Shown here: positions 38,500 to 50,016 of the stretch, piece after piece
How positions within the stretch are numbered: the first letter of the stretch is position 1
Layout of the letters: every line of letters begins with the position of its first letter
The notes under the pieces: generated by a model
Seen by the model: the letters and a program-made list of their open reading frames with translations, nothing else
The model's database searches: none
Told to the model about the DNA's origin: nothing
Assembly: GCA_010909165.1 (NCBI GenBank)
Contig: VJWM01000063.1
Coordinates: 1,178,001 to 1,242,000 of the forward strand
Direction of reading: 5' to 3'
Origin: Anthoceros angustus
Taxonomy: Eukaryota > Plantae > Anthocerotophyta
DNA length: 64,000 bases
Translations under genes and position numbers: made by a program

Positions 38500-39480
38500 C
38501 TGCCTCACGGCGCGACACCCTTCTTCTGGATTCTACTATTCTCCGGCCTGCTCGGGCTCGCCTTTGCTCTTGCTCGGGGAAGAGAGCGGGCTCCTGGCTT
38601 CTAGCTCGGATGTGCATCCAAGCTTTCTGAATTGCACCAGCCTCTTTCTACCACGATGAGGTTCCGCCTGGGTCCTCTATATCATCTTCAGCTGTGGGGT
38701 CCCCCTCGATGGCTCTGGCTCCCACTTGGTTCGCTGTCTAGCTGGAGGGCAGCGTATTGCTGTGCATGATGCTGTTCACGACGTCATGTCTTGGATGGCC
38801 AAGGAGAGCCGATTTCTTCCGTATAGGGAGCGTCCATATACCCTGCGCAATGGGGTGTCGCTCAAGGTGGATTTGTTTCTGACCAGGGGGAATCAAATCT
38901 CTGTTGCGGATGTCGTCGTAACGGACCCTACCCGGGACACTGTTTGTGAGCACATCATCATCAACCCTTCGGGGTGGGTGGCGGAGGGATGTGCAACATC
39001 CAAAGTACACAAGTACAAGCCTATGCATGATGGCCATGCCTTCATCCCCCTTGCCATCGAGACCCACGGGGCCATGGGCAAGGATTTCAGACGGCTTATA
39101 AAGGATTGTGCTAAAGCCTACCACGGTCGACGGAATGGGGTGGGTCTCCCCCTTTCCTCCGTGGTGGCTTTCTTTCGATAGCGGGTTTCCATCGCCCTGC
39201 AGAGGGTGCTGGCCAACGCTGTTTACAAAACAAAAACGAAGCGCGGGAGATGTGGCATCAGCGGCACCAGTCGTAGGTAAGCCTTTTCTTATCTCTGACC
39301 ACGATATACTTGGGGCGGTTGGTAGTTTCGGGATTGACATTCGGGAGAGGGCTAGCCCCCCTTGGCCCTTGGTCCTTTAATGGGTTGTTTCCCACCGGCT
39401 TTAGGTAGATAGGTTTTCTCATCACTTCCCTTTTATAAAGTCTATGAGTTTTCTCATCACTTCCTTTTTATAAAGTCTCC
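38500..39480 (+). mobile_element. CRE-like non-LTR retrotransposon 3' end: zinc knuckle plus restriction-like endonuclease, degenerate
   Basis: ARLCSCSGKRAGSWL...RFRLG...CGVPLDGSGSHLVRC..GGQRIAVHDAV...KVDL...VADVVVTDP...KVHKY...FIPLAIETHG...RVSIALQR; short tandem repeat in the 3' tail at 39414-39478. Confidence 0.85.
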
Positions 39481-40701
39481 ACCTTCACGTTAAGTGATAC
39501 TCAATTAGGTTTAAGGTGATGCGTTATTCATGTTAAGTACAAGACATACTCAAAAAGACAATTTTGTTTGAATCTTTATTATTACTACTGAGTTTGTATG
39601 TTGGTATGCACCCTTGCTCTCCCTGAACAAACAATCATCTTATAGTGCATGGAGGGTTTCTCCTTCCAAGTTGGCCTTACGTGCCCTATACCTCCTCGCA
39701 GCAATTCTCCCGGTAAGTCCCTGGCTTGCACACACCCACACCTTCCTTCTCACTACTGCAGCCGTATTAGGTGTACAGATCAGTATTCCCAACCAGAGCA
39801 TAACCAGGTACGATATCCATGCAATAGCAAAGAACACAGTCTGCTGTTTGTTACAAAGATATGATTCAATGAAAGGGTATCAAGCTGGAATGGACACGTC
39901 GCTATAGAAGCTAAAGGAGCTTATTTGAGCTGGTAGAGCTGATATATATGTTTATCGTTTGGAGGTACACGGGCGTGATTCTAACAGTGCCCTGGCCAAA
40001 AATGTTCAGGCCTAGTACTACTAGATACCAGTAGACAGAGAGACGCAATTTATATGGTCGGTGGGCTCCAAGGTTAAAACTTGAAGAGCCATGCTGCATA
40101 CACCCCACATGCCTTTGATGATGCCGGGCTGTAAGCTTCATTGTCTAGCAACCTAGGTGTACTGGGCCGGGGGAACTCATCAGAAATGCATACGGACTGC
40201 CACCACCTCTTGTCGTTTCCCTTGGTATCTGGATACAGTATATGCACAGCTGACGCTGACGAAAGCTGCAAAGGTTCGGGTGTAACAAAGTGCACCCTCT
40301 GCGGAAAAGCGCCTTGTGCCTGTCCAAACAACCTCTCGAGATCTGGGTTTCCAATGCAACGATTGAGACCTCCCTTCATTTCACATAAAAAAATGGATGC
40401 CATCCCTTTTCTCCTACTGTTACTTGGGTGACACAATCTACTTACATCACCCTCAGCTAACAAATGATCATATCCTTCAGCTGCTCATAGTTGTGCATGA
40501 GGGCCAATACCTAGGATCAGGAGTTAGCAACCCAGTGCCTTCGAGGTGAACACTCCATCACGTGACCCTGGTAGCACACTGCTCGCCCCACACTAGTGCC
40601 TCCAAATTTGGTATGCTCCTTGACCCGCAGAGTGGTCGTTCCTTGCTTGCACAAACCATCACCTGTGGACAGCACCGTCTTGCTACCGCAGAGTTCACGT
40701 T

Positions 40702-42830
40702 CTAGCCACAAGGAGTCAGCTTTTTGTTCCCTGCTCCCTTTGGATGCTCATCTTTCCAATCGTCCCATGCTCTAGCTTTATACTCAGCAGCTTCATCATC
40801 ACTGTCATTGTCCTTCTTCTCATCCACCCAGGAGGAATTAGCCTCTCTCGCAAGCTTTGCATTCCTTTCATTCCATTTAGTCATCATTGCCATTTCCCTC
40901 TCGCCAGCCTGTTCAATGCTCATGCTTGGGAGACTGCACAAATCCAATTTGGTGAATCCGCGTTACAACTGACGCTGTCGTTTTCTGATCAGTGTTCAAC
41001 AGTCAAAATACTTGCACACTCAACTAAGATGAAATTTGCAACAAAACCTAAAATTTGGTACCTGTGGCTTGGTTGGAAAACCTGAGCAACAAGCCTTTCT
41101 CGCTCGGTGGTGATGTTCCCTGTGACCATACTTGCTGGACCAAAAACAGGAACCCTATCATGACTGTGCCCTCCCTGAAGACTTGCCCGGCCTTCAATTA
41201 CATCCTGAGCAAATGTGGCACATGAGATAGGCTGGGCAGGCCTCGATGATCTTGCTTTGCTGGCTTCTCTGTGCCATGTCTCAGCTCTAGCCAGTCTCTC
41301 ATCAAGGACAGCCTTGGAGATAAGCTCCTGCATGGATGACCGTGGCAAAGACTGAGCCAAAATATACAAAGCAGCACACAAGAACACAATAAGCCTGGTG
41401 TAAAAAAATTGAGAAGGACCACCCAACCTCTCCACTGGCTTGTACAGCTGCAAGCATATCCTCTTCTCTATGAAGCGTTTCAAGAAGATCCAAAGCCTGA
41501 ATATGAGATAAGAAACATAGAGACCAGCAAGCACTTAGAAGAAGGACCCGCGTTTTTCTCAACTGCTGTAACAAAAAAGCATAATTGTAACACAAACCTT
41601 ATAAAGTGCTAATGAAACCTGCATTAACCATGCCTGCAGCCCAGAAGCGAAACAGATGTGAGCACTATGGTACAAAACCAGAACAAACGTACTGCTTCCT
41701 TCTCATTGCTTTATCAGGAGAACCCGACACTTTTCTGGTACATGCCTCCCTGTCTTCTTCCTCATCTTCGTATACCAAATCATCTTCTCCAGGCTCAGCT
41801 GCAGATGTCTTTGCAGCAGCTTGGGTAGAGCGCCTGCGACGCTCCTTTCTTTGCTTTACTTCTTGCAACTTTGCTTCTGCTTCTCGTTGCCGTCTAAACC
41901 TAGCAATCTACAAAAGAAACTACAGTCAGCACTGCATAGAAGTATCTCGTGCTTTATCTTACCACATGCACAATTAACAGTATGAAACTTAGTACAGAGT
42001 TGAACACCTTCTCTGCTCTTCGAGTTTCTGCATCAGGAGGCACCTCCCGGGATAGAGATTGCAACTCCCTCTCTGACAGAAATCCGAACCGTTCGCCAGA
42101 CCTAAGAAAAGCCTGACACAAGACGAAGCTCGCTATCACTGCTGAGACAGAGGAGGGGAACGTTCTCGTGAACCATACCAGTGATCCAGAACCAGGAGTG
42201 CTGGCATGGGTGCCTTTTCCCCAAATTAAGTCCATCTTGGGATGCTCAACAAAGTGACGATCCACAACGGGAGTGAAAGCAGTCACCAGCACTCACCAGC
42301 AAGTATCCATAAACAATTTTAATAGCTTGTAGCCTCTCAACGCTCGGTAATCTCTCAGAGACCTCTGCCAAATAGAAAGGAACCTAAGCAACAGAACAAC
42401 GTCATCAGCTCCTCAGTTCCAATCTCAAAAGTGCTGCTATACAAATCCAGAGCCGGAACTTGCCAGCAAGTACTTCAGGTCAGTGGTGCTGATGTCTTCC
42501 TTCTCCTCGTTGGGTGAGAAGACGCCAAGCTTCCTCACTAAATCTTGGCACCGCTGTAACAGCGAGACAGCCCTGTCTATCTCCTCCTGCATCATCAGAA
42601 AAAAAGCGCTAATTTCAATTCACCACCGGTCCGTCTCATTAACAGGTGCGCACAAACTGAATAGAAGCACAGGTCTTAGGCTCGCAGCAGAGAGAATCCC
42701 TTACAGAGCTCAATCCCGACGAATCCAAACGGGAGCACAATTCCAGGGCCTGTTCAAAGAGGAAAGGCAGTGACTCGTCTTCAGAAACTTCATGCTGTGA
42801 CCTGGATGTCAAAATCGACGCCGATGCCAT
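40702..42830 (-). CDS. TAP46: PP2A regulatory subunit TAP46 (Tap42/alpha4/IGBP1 family), multi-exon
   Basis: LGVFSPNEEKEDISTTDLKYLL, RRAEKIARF.RQREAE, ERERLVAQVFQPSHR, LPSMSIEQAG, KARAWDDWKDEHPKGAGNKKLTPCG*. Confidence 0.95.
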
Positions 42831-43110
42831 TGCCGCACTTGAATCCTGGCGCGACAGAGCAGCGCATCCCGCACACAAGCAGGGACACGAAAATGGTTAC
42901 CTTGACCGTGGTCGAGTTAGCTGCTAGGGTTCAGGGCTTTAAATGTCGTGGAATTGCCAGCCTGGAATTTTCGCTTAACACTCCGTTCGAAAGGCAACCC
43001 AACCCAGCCAGGATCGAAGTTATTGAACTCGCTTTGAATTGACGAAGTCCCACGGTTGCATTGCAGTGTGATCTGATGTTTCGGGAATCGTGAAGAAGCA
43101 ATCCTGTGTC
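42831..43110. promoter_or_regulatory. Putative bidirectional promoter (280 bp ATG to ATG)
   Basis: Divergent TAP46 and TLDc start codons; telo-box-like CTAGGGTT near 42924. Confidence 0.6.
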
Positions 43111-45215
43111 ATGGGGAACCAACAGAGTCAAGGTGATGTTCCCAGCGCAGAATTCGTGTCTCTGTCAAGGTATCTCCTGGTTTAATCCGTTCGCTGTTTG
43201 CCGGTAAATGCAACTGCTTGGACGCACCAGCTGGTTTCTAAGTCGTTCCTAATGTCCAGGCGGTTCACATCAAGTGAGCTTGAGGATCTGAAGGGGCTCT
43301 TCTCCTCGCTAGCCCTACAGTCCCGGAGTGAGGCCCAACATGTGATAGCATCCGTCTTCCAGGTTAATTTTGAGCGTCCTTGCCTGGGGAGGGAGATTTT
43401 ATGCTTTTGCTAAGTTCAGATGACAAGTCAAGTGAGGGATGTGGAAATTCCATCTATGACTAACGGGAAGTATTTTCCTGTCTTTGTTGGTATGATGTGC
43501 ATCGAATTGGCTCCATTTGCAGGCCTATTTTGGCATCCATGGTGCCCTGGGGGCCAGATTGTTTGACGTAGTTACTCAAATGCGGAAGGATCAATGCTTG
43601 GTTTTCGAGGATCTTGTAATAGCAAAGGTGAGGATTTTTGACACAAATAGCCCTCTGTATGCAGGGAGAAAATCCGTTGGTCTATGTGCTTGAAGGCTCT
43701 GGTTGCTCCTTAGGGCATCTAGAGGCTTTATGCTCGCTATATTGTTGTTGCAGGTGTGACCAGCCAGCCTTGACAGCAAGTGCATTTTGGAAGTGCAGGC
43801 AAAGTATGAGAAAGGCTCACCTGACGAGGTTGAGAGCTTCACGTACCAGCTTCTAGACTTGACCGGCGATGGAGCCGTGCAGAGGTCAGATTCTTCCTTG
43901 AGAAGTGTTTACTGATGCGATTTCCGTGTAGCTGTTGGAAGCCTATCCGGCGTGATGTTTAACATGCTCACACATATCTAAAACAGGGGCGAAGTCGAAT
44001 CTGTTGTGCTCTCCATTTTGGAGACTGTTCTTGGTCCGAGTGAGGCAGTCGTGGGGGACTCTCTGTCAGAGCAGAGTCTACAGGGATTTGTGAATGCTGC
44101 TACTTACTCCGGTGAAGCCGGAAAGGATGGTGAGGTATGCATGACGATAGAGGATTTCCGCAAATGGTGTGTTTTGGTACCAACCGTGAAGAGATTTCTC
44201 GGTACCCTGTTGACAGCTCCATCAGCAGGTATCCCTGTCACCTGTCCTGATACAGCACTTTCTGTTGCGTTGCTTCAGCACAGCCCACCAACCTGCGAAC
44301 TCTTTGTGGTGTTGTCCTCAGGGATGTTTGGTCGGAAAGTCCCGAAGTTGCTGAAGCCAGATAGCCTGCAGACTAGTACTGTACTTTTGAAGAGGGAGCA
44401 TGCATGGCATATTTCCGGCATGCTTCAACTTCAAGAGGCACAGGAATGGTTGCTATGCTACAACAGTTCTGTAAACGGGATGAGCTTAACCAGCCTCTTG
44501 AGCTGCATGTCGTGAGTAGCTAACTTTCCACTCAGCACTTGGCTTTCATCTGCATGCCGAGGAAGAAGAACAAGCAAATGGTAGCTTTATGGAGCGGATA
44601 GGAGGCCATCCGGGTCACTTCTGTCCCCTCTTTTGACTGCAGAGCGGTTAAGGGACCTTCCGTGCTGGTAGTGAGGGACGAGAATGGAGCTGTCTTCGGA
44701 GGGTACGCAAGCCAAGCATGGGACAAGAACAGTGATTTCTACGGAGACATGAAGTCCTTCCTCTTCACACTGCAGCCAGTGAGCTGCATCTACCGTCCCA
44801 CAGGATCCAACTCCAACATGCAGTGGGTGAGATGAATCAGCATCAACAGAGGTAGGAGCTGCTGTGCAGGGAATCACCGACTGAGAGGAAAGTGTGTGTT
44901 GTCTCACAGTGTGCCGTTAACTTCGCTTCGGAGAGCATCCCAAACGGCATCGGCTTCGGTGGGCAAGTACATCACTTCGGGCTCTTCCTAACAGCCAGTT
45001 TGGAGAGCGGGCACACCCACCACTCCGTGACATACAACAACCCACCCCTTGCAGGGAAAGCAGGCATCGCTCCCAACTCGATCGAATGCTGGGCGGTGTT
45101 AAGCGAGGTCAAGAAGGAAGGGGAGGATGGCACACTGAAGGGTACCATTCTGGAGAGATTCAAAGAGGAGCGAAACTTTCTTAACCTTGTGGACATGGCG
45201 AACTCCAGTCACTGA
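43111..45215 (+). CDS. TLDc-domain protein with N-myristoylation motif and EF-hand-like region (MEAK7/TLDC1, At5g06260-like), multi-exon
   Basis: MGNQQS start; FTSSELEDLKGLF; LLDLTGDGAV; WLLCYNSSVNGMS, GAVFGGYASQAW, FYGDMKSFLF, PNGIGFGG, IECW; C-terminus GTILERFKEERNFLNLV. Confidence 0.9.
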
Positions 45216-47476
45216 TTGTACATCCCACCTGGAGTGCGTAGGTCACGGCCGTGAGCCTCCTGTACCATGCTTTTCATGTATGCAATAAACGGGACCAGTC
45301 CTTGTGCAACATCGGGAACAAGTCAATGGTCTGCAAGATGTACACCTGCAGGGGCCGGAGCAGGCAGTGATGAGGCTACCACAAGGCATGGCGTGACAAG
45401 ACTCAAAGCATGGCCATCTTCATGGACTGTATGGCAAGCAATATTGATTTGCTTCTCTCCTGTTCTGTGCAAAAGGGCACTGTGGTGCACTACTAAGGTT
45501 TTGTGGTTTGGTGACGAGCAGATCTTGTGGTCCTGCACTGCTACTGTAGTGGGATGACGATTTTGTTTTCCATCCTTTCTTCCCCCGGCCCCAGCCAGAC
45601 TGGGCCACCACAATGACCAGGATCGGAATGTCATGTCATCTGGTATCCAGCGCGAGGTAATCAGCCGACTCCTTTCTGATGATTGCTCAAGCCCAAAATG
45701 CAACTCGCAAAGCATATGGTGTACAGTGGCAAGTGTACTTGCAGAGGCTGATGACAAGGACCGGGAAGGCAAGCAAGACAAAGGAGGCCTGGTGACGCTA
45801 TTTTGATAAGATAAGCAGCAGTGGCAGCAGTAGCAGCAGCAGCCCAGCAGTCCAAAAGAGCAGCAGCAGCAAGGTGGGTTGGACTTGTCTTGGGCGGTCC
45901 CACTAGCCCTGCAGCATGTGGACGAAGGAGCAGGACGCCGGGTCGGGAACTGCTGGGGCAGGCAAAATCAGTCTCTGGCGGAGAAGTTGCAGCGCAGCGC
46001 AGAGGGGACTGCAATAGCTGGGGCAGGTACAGGTGTACAGGTGGAGGGCCCCATGAGCATGGGGGTCCATGCCTCATGGGGGGACCATGAGAAGAGACGT
46101 GGGTCCATGACTGCGGCTGTCTGTGAGGCTGAGCGGATATGGTGGGCGATTCGCGATATTTGCCAAATGGCATTGCCGCCTCTCCTCTCCTCTCCTCTCG
46201 TCCCAGCAGAGCCTGGCGCAGTAGCAGCTTGGGAATCTGGATTCGCTGGACTGTTGTGCAGTCATGCCGCTGCGGTCGTCGAGGTCACGTTGCTCTGATC
46301 AGCAGTCTTCGGAGAGGCAGCTCATCCGAGGCTTGGTGAGAGACATGGGCTCCCCCTTGAGGATGGCAACTGGCAGGCGCCGCCTGGCTTTGGTGGGCAA
46401 GTGTCTAGTATAGTTGCAACTGCAACCCGGCAAGTGGCTGCTGCCACTCGGTCACCGACACTCCCAAGGCCAGCACAATTGCAATGGCAATGGCAATCGC
46501 AATGTAATGCTCCCTCCCATCAGGTTCGTCTCCCTTCACTTCTCCCATTTTTTTGAATTCGTACTTGTGTATCTCCTAGCATTCAAATTCCACCAGCCGT
46601 GTCTCTCCTTCCTTCCTTCCTTCCTTTCTTCCTTCCTCGCCACTTGCCAAGTAGATAGACACACAAGTAGATGATCCTCCATTCCCACAACTCTCCCTTC
46701 CGGGGCTGTTCCCGTCTCCTATCCTTGGTATATTGTAATCCCGTCGCATGTAGTTCCACTATGTACTCATACATATCCTAGCAGCCCAGTCACACGCCAC
46801 CTTATAATACTCTTCCCGCGGGCCATAATCGCCTTACCTCCATTCTCCCGTCGTTCCCACCGTAGCACGTTGAAGCCGTACCAGTAGCCGTACCCTTGCC
46901 TGCTTGTCCTCCTACATGCCAACTCTGTGCCTGGGTGTCGACTCTCGACCTTTCCGCCCAAGACAATATGATACATGGGAGAATCTCCCCGAGCCAGCCG
47001 CAGACCACCCGCCCCATATCCCATGGTACCATGAGGCCATTCCCACACATATGTACATACATACATACTGTACATACACCCAGTCACCCAGCCCAGCCTC
47101 CCACATCCCGCACATGCCACAACATATTCTCATATCTGCTGCAAGGGGAGCTCTCGGTGTCAGGCCGCGATGAGTATAATGCAGGGCCTTGATTATTGCG
47201 TACGGGGCCTCCTCCCCTCTGGCGCTGGAAGGCAGCGGTGCGCGCACCTGCAGTCTGCACCACAGCAGTCCGCCGTGACAACCCACCCCTTCAATTCCAC
47301 TCAATCCACTCATAAATTCCCTCCCTGGGAGCTTGGACTGGAGGTTGAACGTCTGTTGTTTTATTCCCCTCTCGTCATCTTCATCCCTTCCCACCGGACT
47401 CACTCACTCTCGACTCATTGCTGTGCAGATAAAATTTATTGCCCACGTTAAAATCCGGATAAGACTAATGCCGGAA

Positions 47477-47547
47477 GGCCAGGCCAGGCCAGGCCAGGCC
47501 AGGCCAGGCCGAATCGAATCGAACCGAACCAAACCGAACCAAACCGA
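47477..47547. repeat. Compound microsatellite (GGCCA)n followed by (CGAAT/CCGAA/CCAAA)n
   Basis: Read directly. Confidence 0.9.
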
Positions 47548-49292
47548 AGGTGTGTACAGTATGTGCGTATGCCCGAGAGGGCAGCAATCATGCAGTCAGG
47601 CCCGCGGGGGCCAGATTCTCAGAACTCGCAACAGGGCGCGGGTCAAGGCCGGGCAGGTCACCGGTCAGGCCATGACAGGCCGGGCCGGCCCGGGGGGTCG
47701 ATTGTCATTGTCCCCATGCGTGGGTTGTTATTCCTGTCCTTGATCCGCAGACGAAATCATTGACTAACATGGGACAACGGGACGGAATGCCGGAATGCGG
47801 CCCAGTTCCCGCCTTCCGTTCCCGTTACCGTTGCGCCGACGGGCGGAGCCGGGAGCCGAGGCCCCCCAGGCCCGGCGCAAGGGCAATGATTACAAAGCCC
47901 ACATGCCCGTGACGTCATCACTGCACTTAACTGCGCTGGTTTAATTACTTGCCCGGTTAGGTATTGAATTCCGACAGGAGCCGACCCCGCCGCTTTGACC
48001 CCAGCCGCCTCTGCGCCTAATCCCTTCTATTCCTAATCTGATTGTGCCGACGATCCAGGCCAGTGGCGCCGCCTGGGGGTCTGGCTTTAGCGCAACATTA
48101 TCTCCTCAACTCGCAGTCAGGCAGAGCAACACAAACACAAGTGAAAAGGAGGTATCCTTGTCGATCACGTTTGCCCTCCACACTTACACCCTTCATGTGC
48201 CAAGAGCCTATGTTTGGCCTCCACAGGCTCCGGAGAAGGCCAGGTCCCGATGAAAATGGTGTGCTGAGTGAATCGGCGTCGTCCAGGCATGTCACTCAAT
48301 GCTTTTATGAAAAATAATTAGGGGGAACATGGGGGATTTTATAAAATAAGCAGAGATGGGGAGGTCTCATCTACACCGAGAGAGGCGGTGGGGAACAACC
48401 CACTACGGGGAGGGAGAGGGGGAGAAGGGGAGAAGGGGAGTAGCCCTCGCCCTCGCCCTCGCCCTCGCCCTCACCGACATTTTGAAAAACTAGGTAGGTT
48501 GTGAAAATGATTTTTATGCTGAGGAGGAATGATTATGTTTGGTGTATTGAAGGGAACTTGAGGTGATGTACGATCCTGGTGGGCACTCCTGCAGGGGAGG
48601 GAGGCTGGGGCTGCGGCTAGGGCTTGGCTACAGTGGAAGGGGCGAAATGGGAATTGAAGTGGGATAAAATCTGTGCACCACCAGTACAGCGGTACGTGCG
48701 GTACAGAGCTACAGAGCTACTGCTACCGGGAAATTTTACCTCGGAAAGCGCGGGAGTAAACAGTAACAGTGGCAGTAACAGTGACAGTGGGGGAGATAAA
48801 ACGTAAATGCTTGGCTGCTGCCTCCTGCGGCTCCCGCATCTTGTGCTGCTGCCACTGCTGCTGGGCCTGCTGCTGGCCTGCTGCTCTCTTCTCGCTCCTG
48901 CCTGCCTCGACTTGCCTTGCCTTGCCTTGCCTTGCCTGCCTTCCCCTGCGCGTTTCTGCGCGTCGCCGTTTGCTGTTTGCTGTTTCCTGTTTCCTCTCGG
49001 AGCGGTGCGGTGCGGCCTGGGCAGCGGCAATCCCAGGCGCCGGCGTCCGGCTCGCGCAGCATCGCTGTCAGGGGCGCACTCGGCGAGTGAGAGAGCCGCT
49101 GCGTCCGAGCGATTCCGTCGGGTGTCAGGCGCGCGCCGTGGAGCGCACCGCCTCGCGTGAGCGCAGAGCATGCGCGGCGCAGGATCGGACGCTGCACGGG
49201 CCCGGGGCATCGAGTGGAATCGGATTGTGGAGCGCAGGAGGAAGGAGTGGCAGGAGTGGTAGCCTGGCGGTGAGCGCGACCGGAAACGGAGA

Positions 49293-49385
49293 AGGAGGAG
49301 GAGGAGGAGGAGGAGGAGGAAGTGGAGGCGGAGGTGGAGGTGGAGGTGGAGGTGGAAGGAGGAAGGAGAGGACGACGACGACGAG
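49293..49385. repeat. (GGA)n/(GGTGGA)n/(GAC)n microsatellite
   Basis: Read directly. Confidence 0.9.
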
Positions 49386-49576
49386 GACTGTGATGGTGTG
49401 GAGTCTGCTGTCCATGGCCCGGGCTGCCACCGACCAGGACCACACCTTGTCGCGCGTGGTGCACTTGAAGGTCGGCAGGCGCTGGTTCACTATCATGGCG
49501 TGGCTCATTTCATGATACGCTCTGATACCGCCTCCGCCGTGGCGCTGTGAGTGGGAGGAGGAAGGAGAGTGGAGGA

Positions 49577-49670
49577 GTGAGTGAGTGAGTGAGTGAGTGA
49601 GTGAGTGAGTCAGTGAGTGTGTGTGAGTGTGAGTGTGTTTGCTTGCGTGTGTGTGTGTGTGTGTGTGTGT
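49577..49670. repeat. (GAGT)n plus (GT)n microsatellite upstream of the bHLH gene
   Basis: Read directly. Confidence 0.9.
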
Positions 49671-50016
49671 TTGTGTGCATGGATGCGCAGCGGAGGTCTG
49701 AGAGGGTGAGCGGGGGCCGGGAATTCGCGCGCTGCTGAATATGCTGGATCCCGGGGAGCAGCGGGGGCCGGGGAGGTCTGCCGTGCGCTTGCCGCGTCGT
49801 GTGGCTTCCGGAAAGAGTTCTGGCTTCTTGAGCTTGCGCGGCGGCGGGAATGGGAGTGGACGGGGGGTGGCGCGTCCGGGGAGCGTGAGCGATGCAACGC
49901 TTTCGGTAGATCGGTGTTGGCGTGAGTGACGGGAGGAGGGAGGGAGAAGGAGAGGGAGGGATTGTTGTAGGAAGGAAGCGGCGGGGGAGAGAGGAGAGGT
50001 GGTGTGTTACAGTAGC

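Noticed and set aside
40074-40463. 129-aa minus-strand ORF downstream of TAP46
   Set aside because: Non-ATG start, no recognisable domain and no supporting exon structure
47140-47345. miR319-like words (GGAGCTCTC ... TTGGACTG)
   Set aside because: The match breaks after 8 nt and the arms do not form the required hairpin
48807-49160. Signal-peptide-like ORF that might be a CLE-type precursor
   Set aside because: Hydrophobicity comes from CTG and CCTTG microsatellites, and the C-terminus lacks the RxVPxGPxPxH motif
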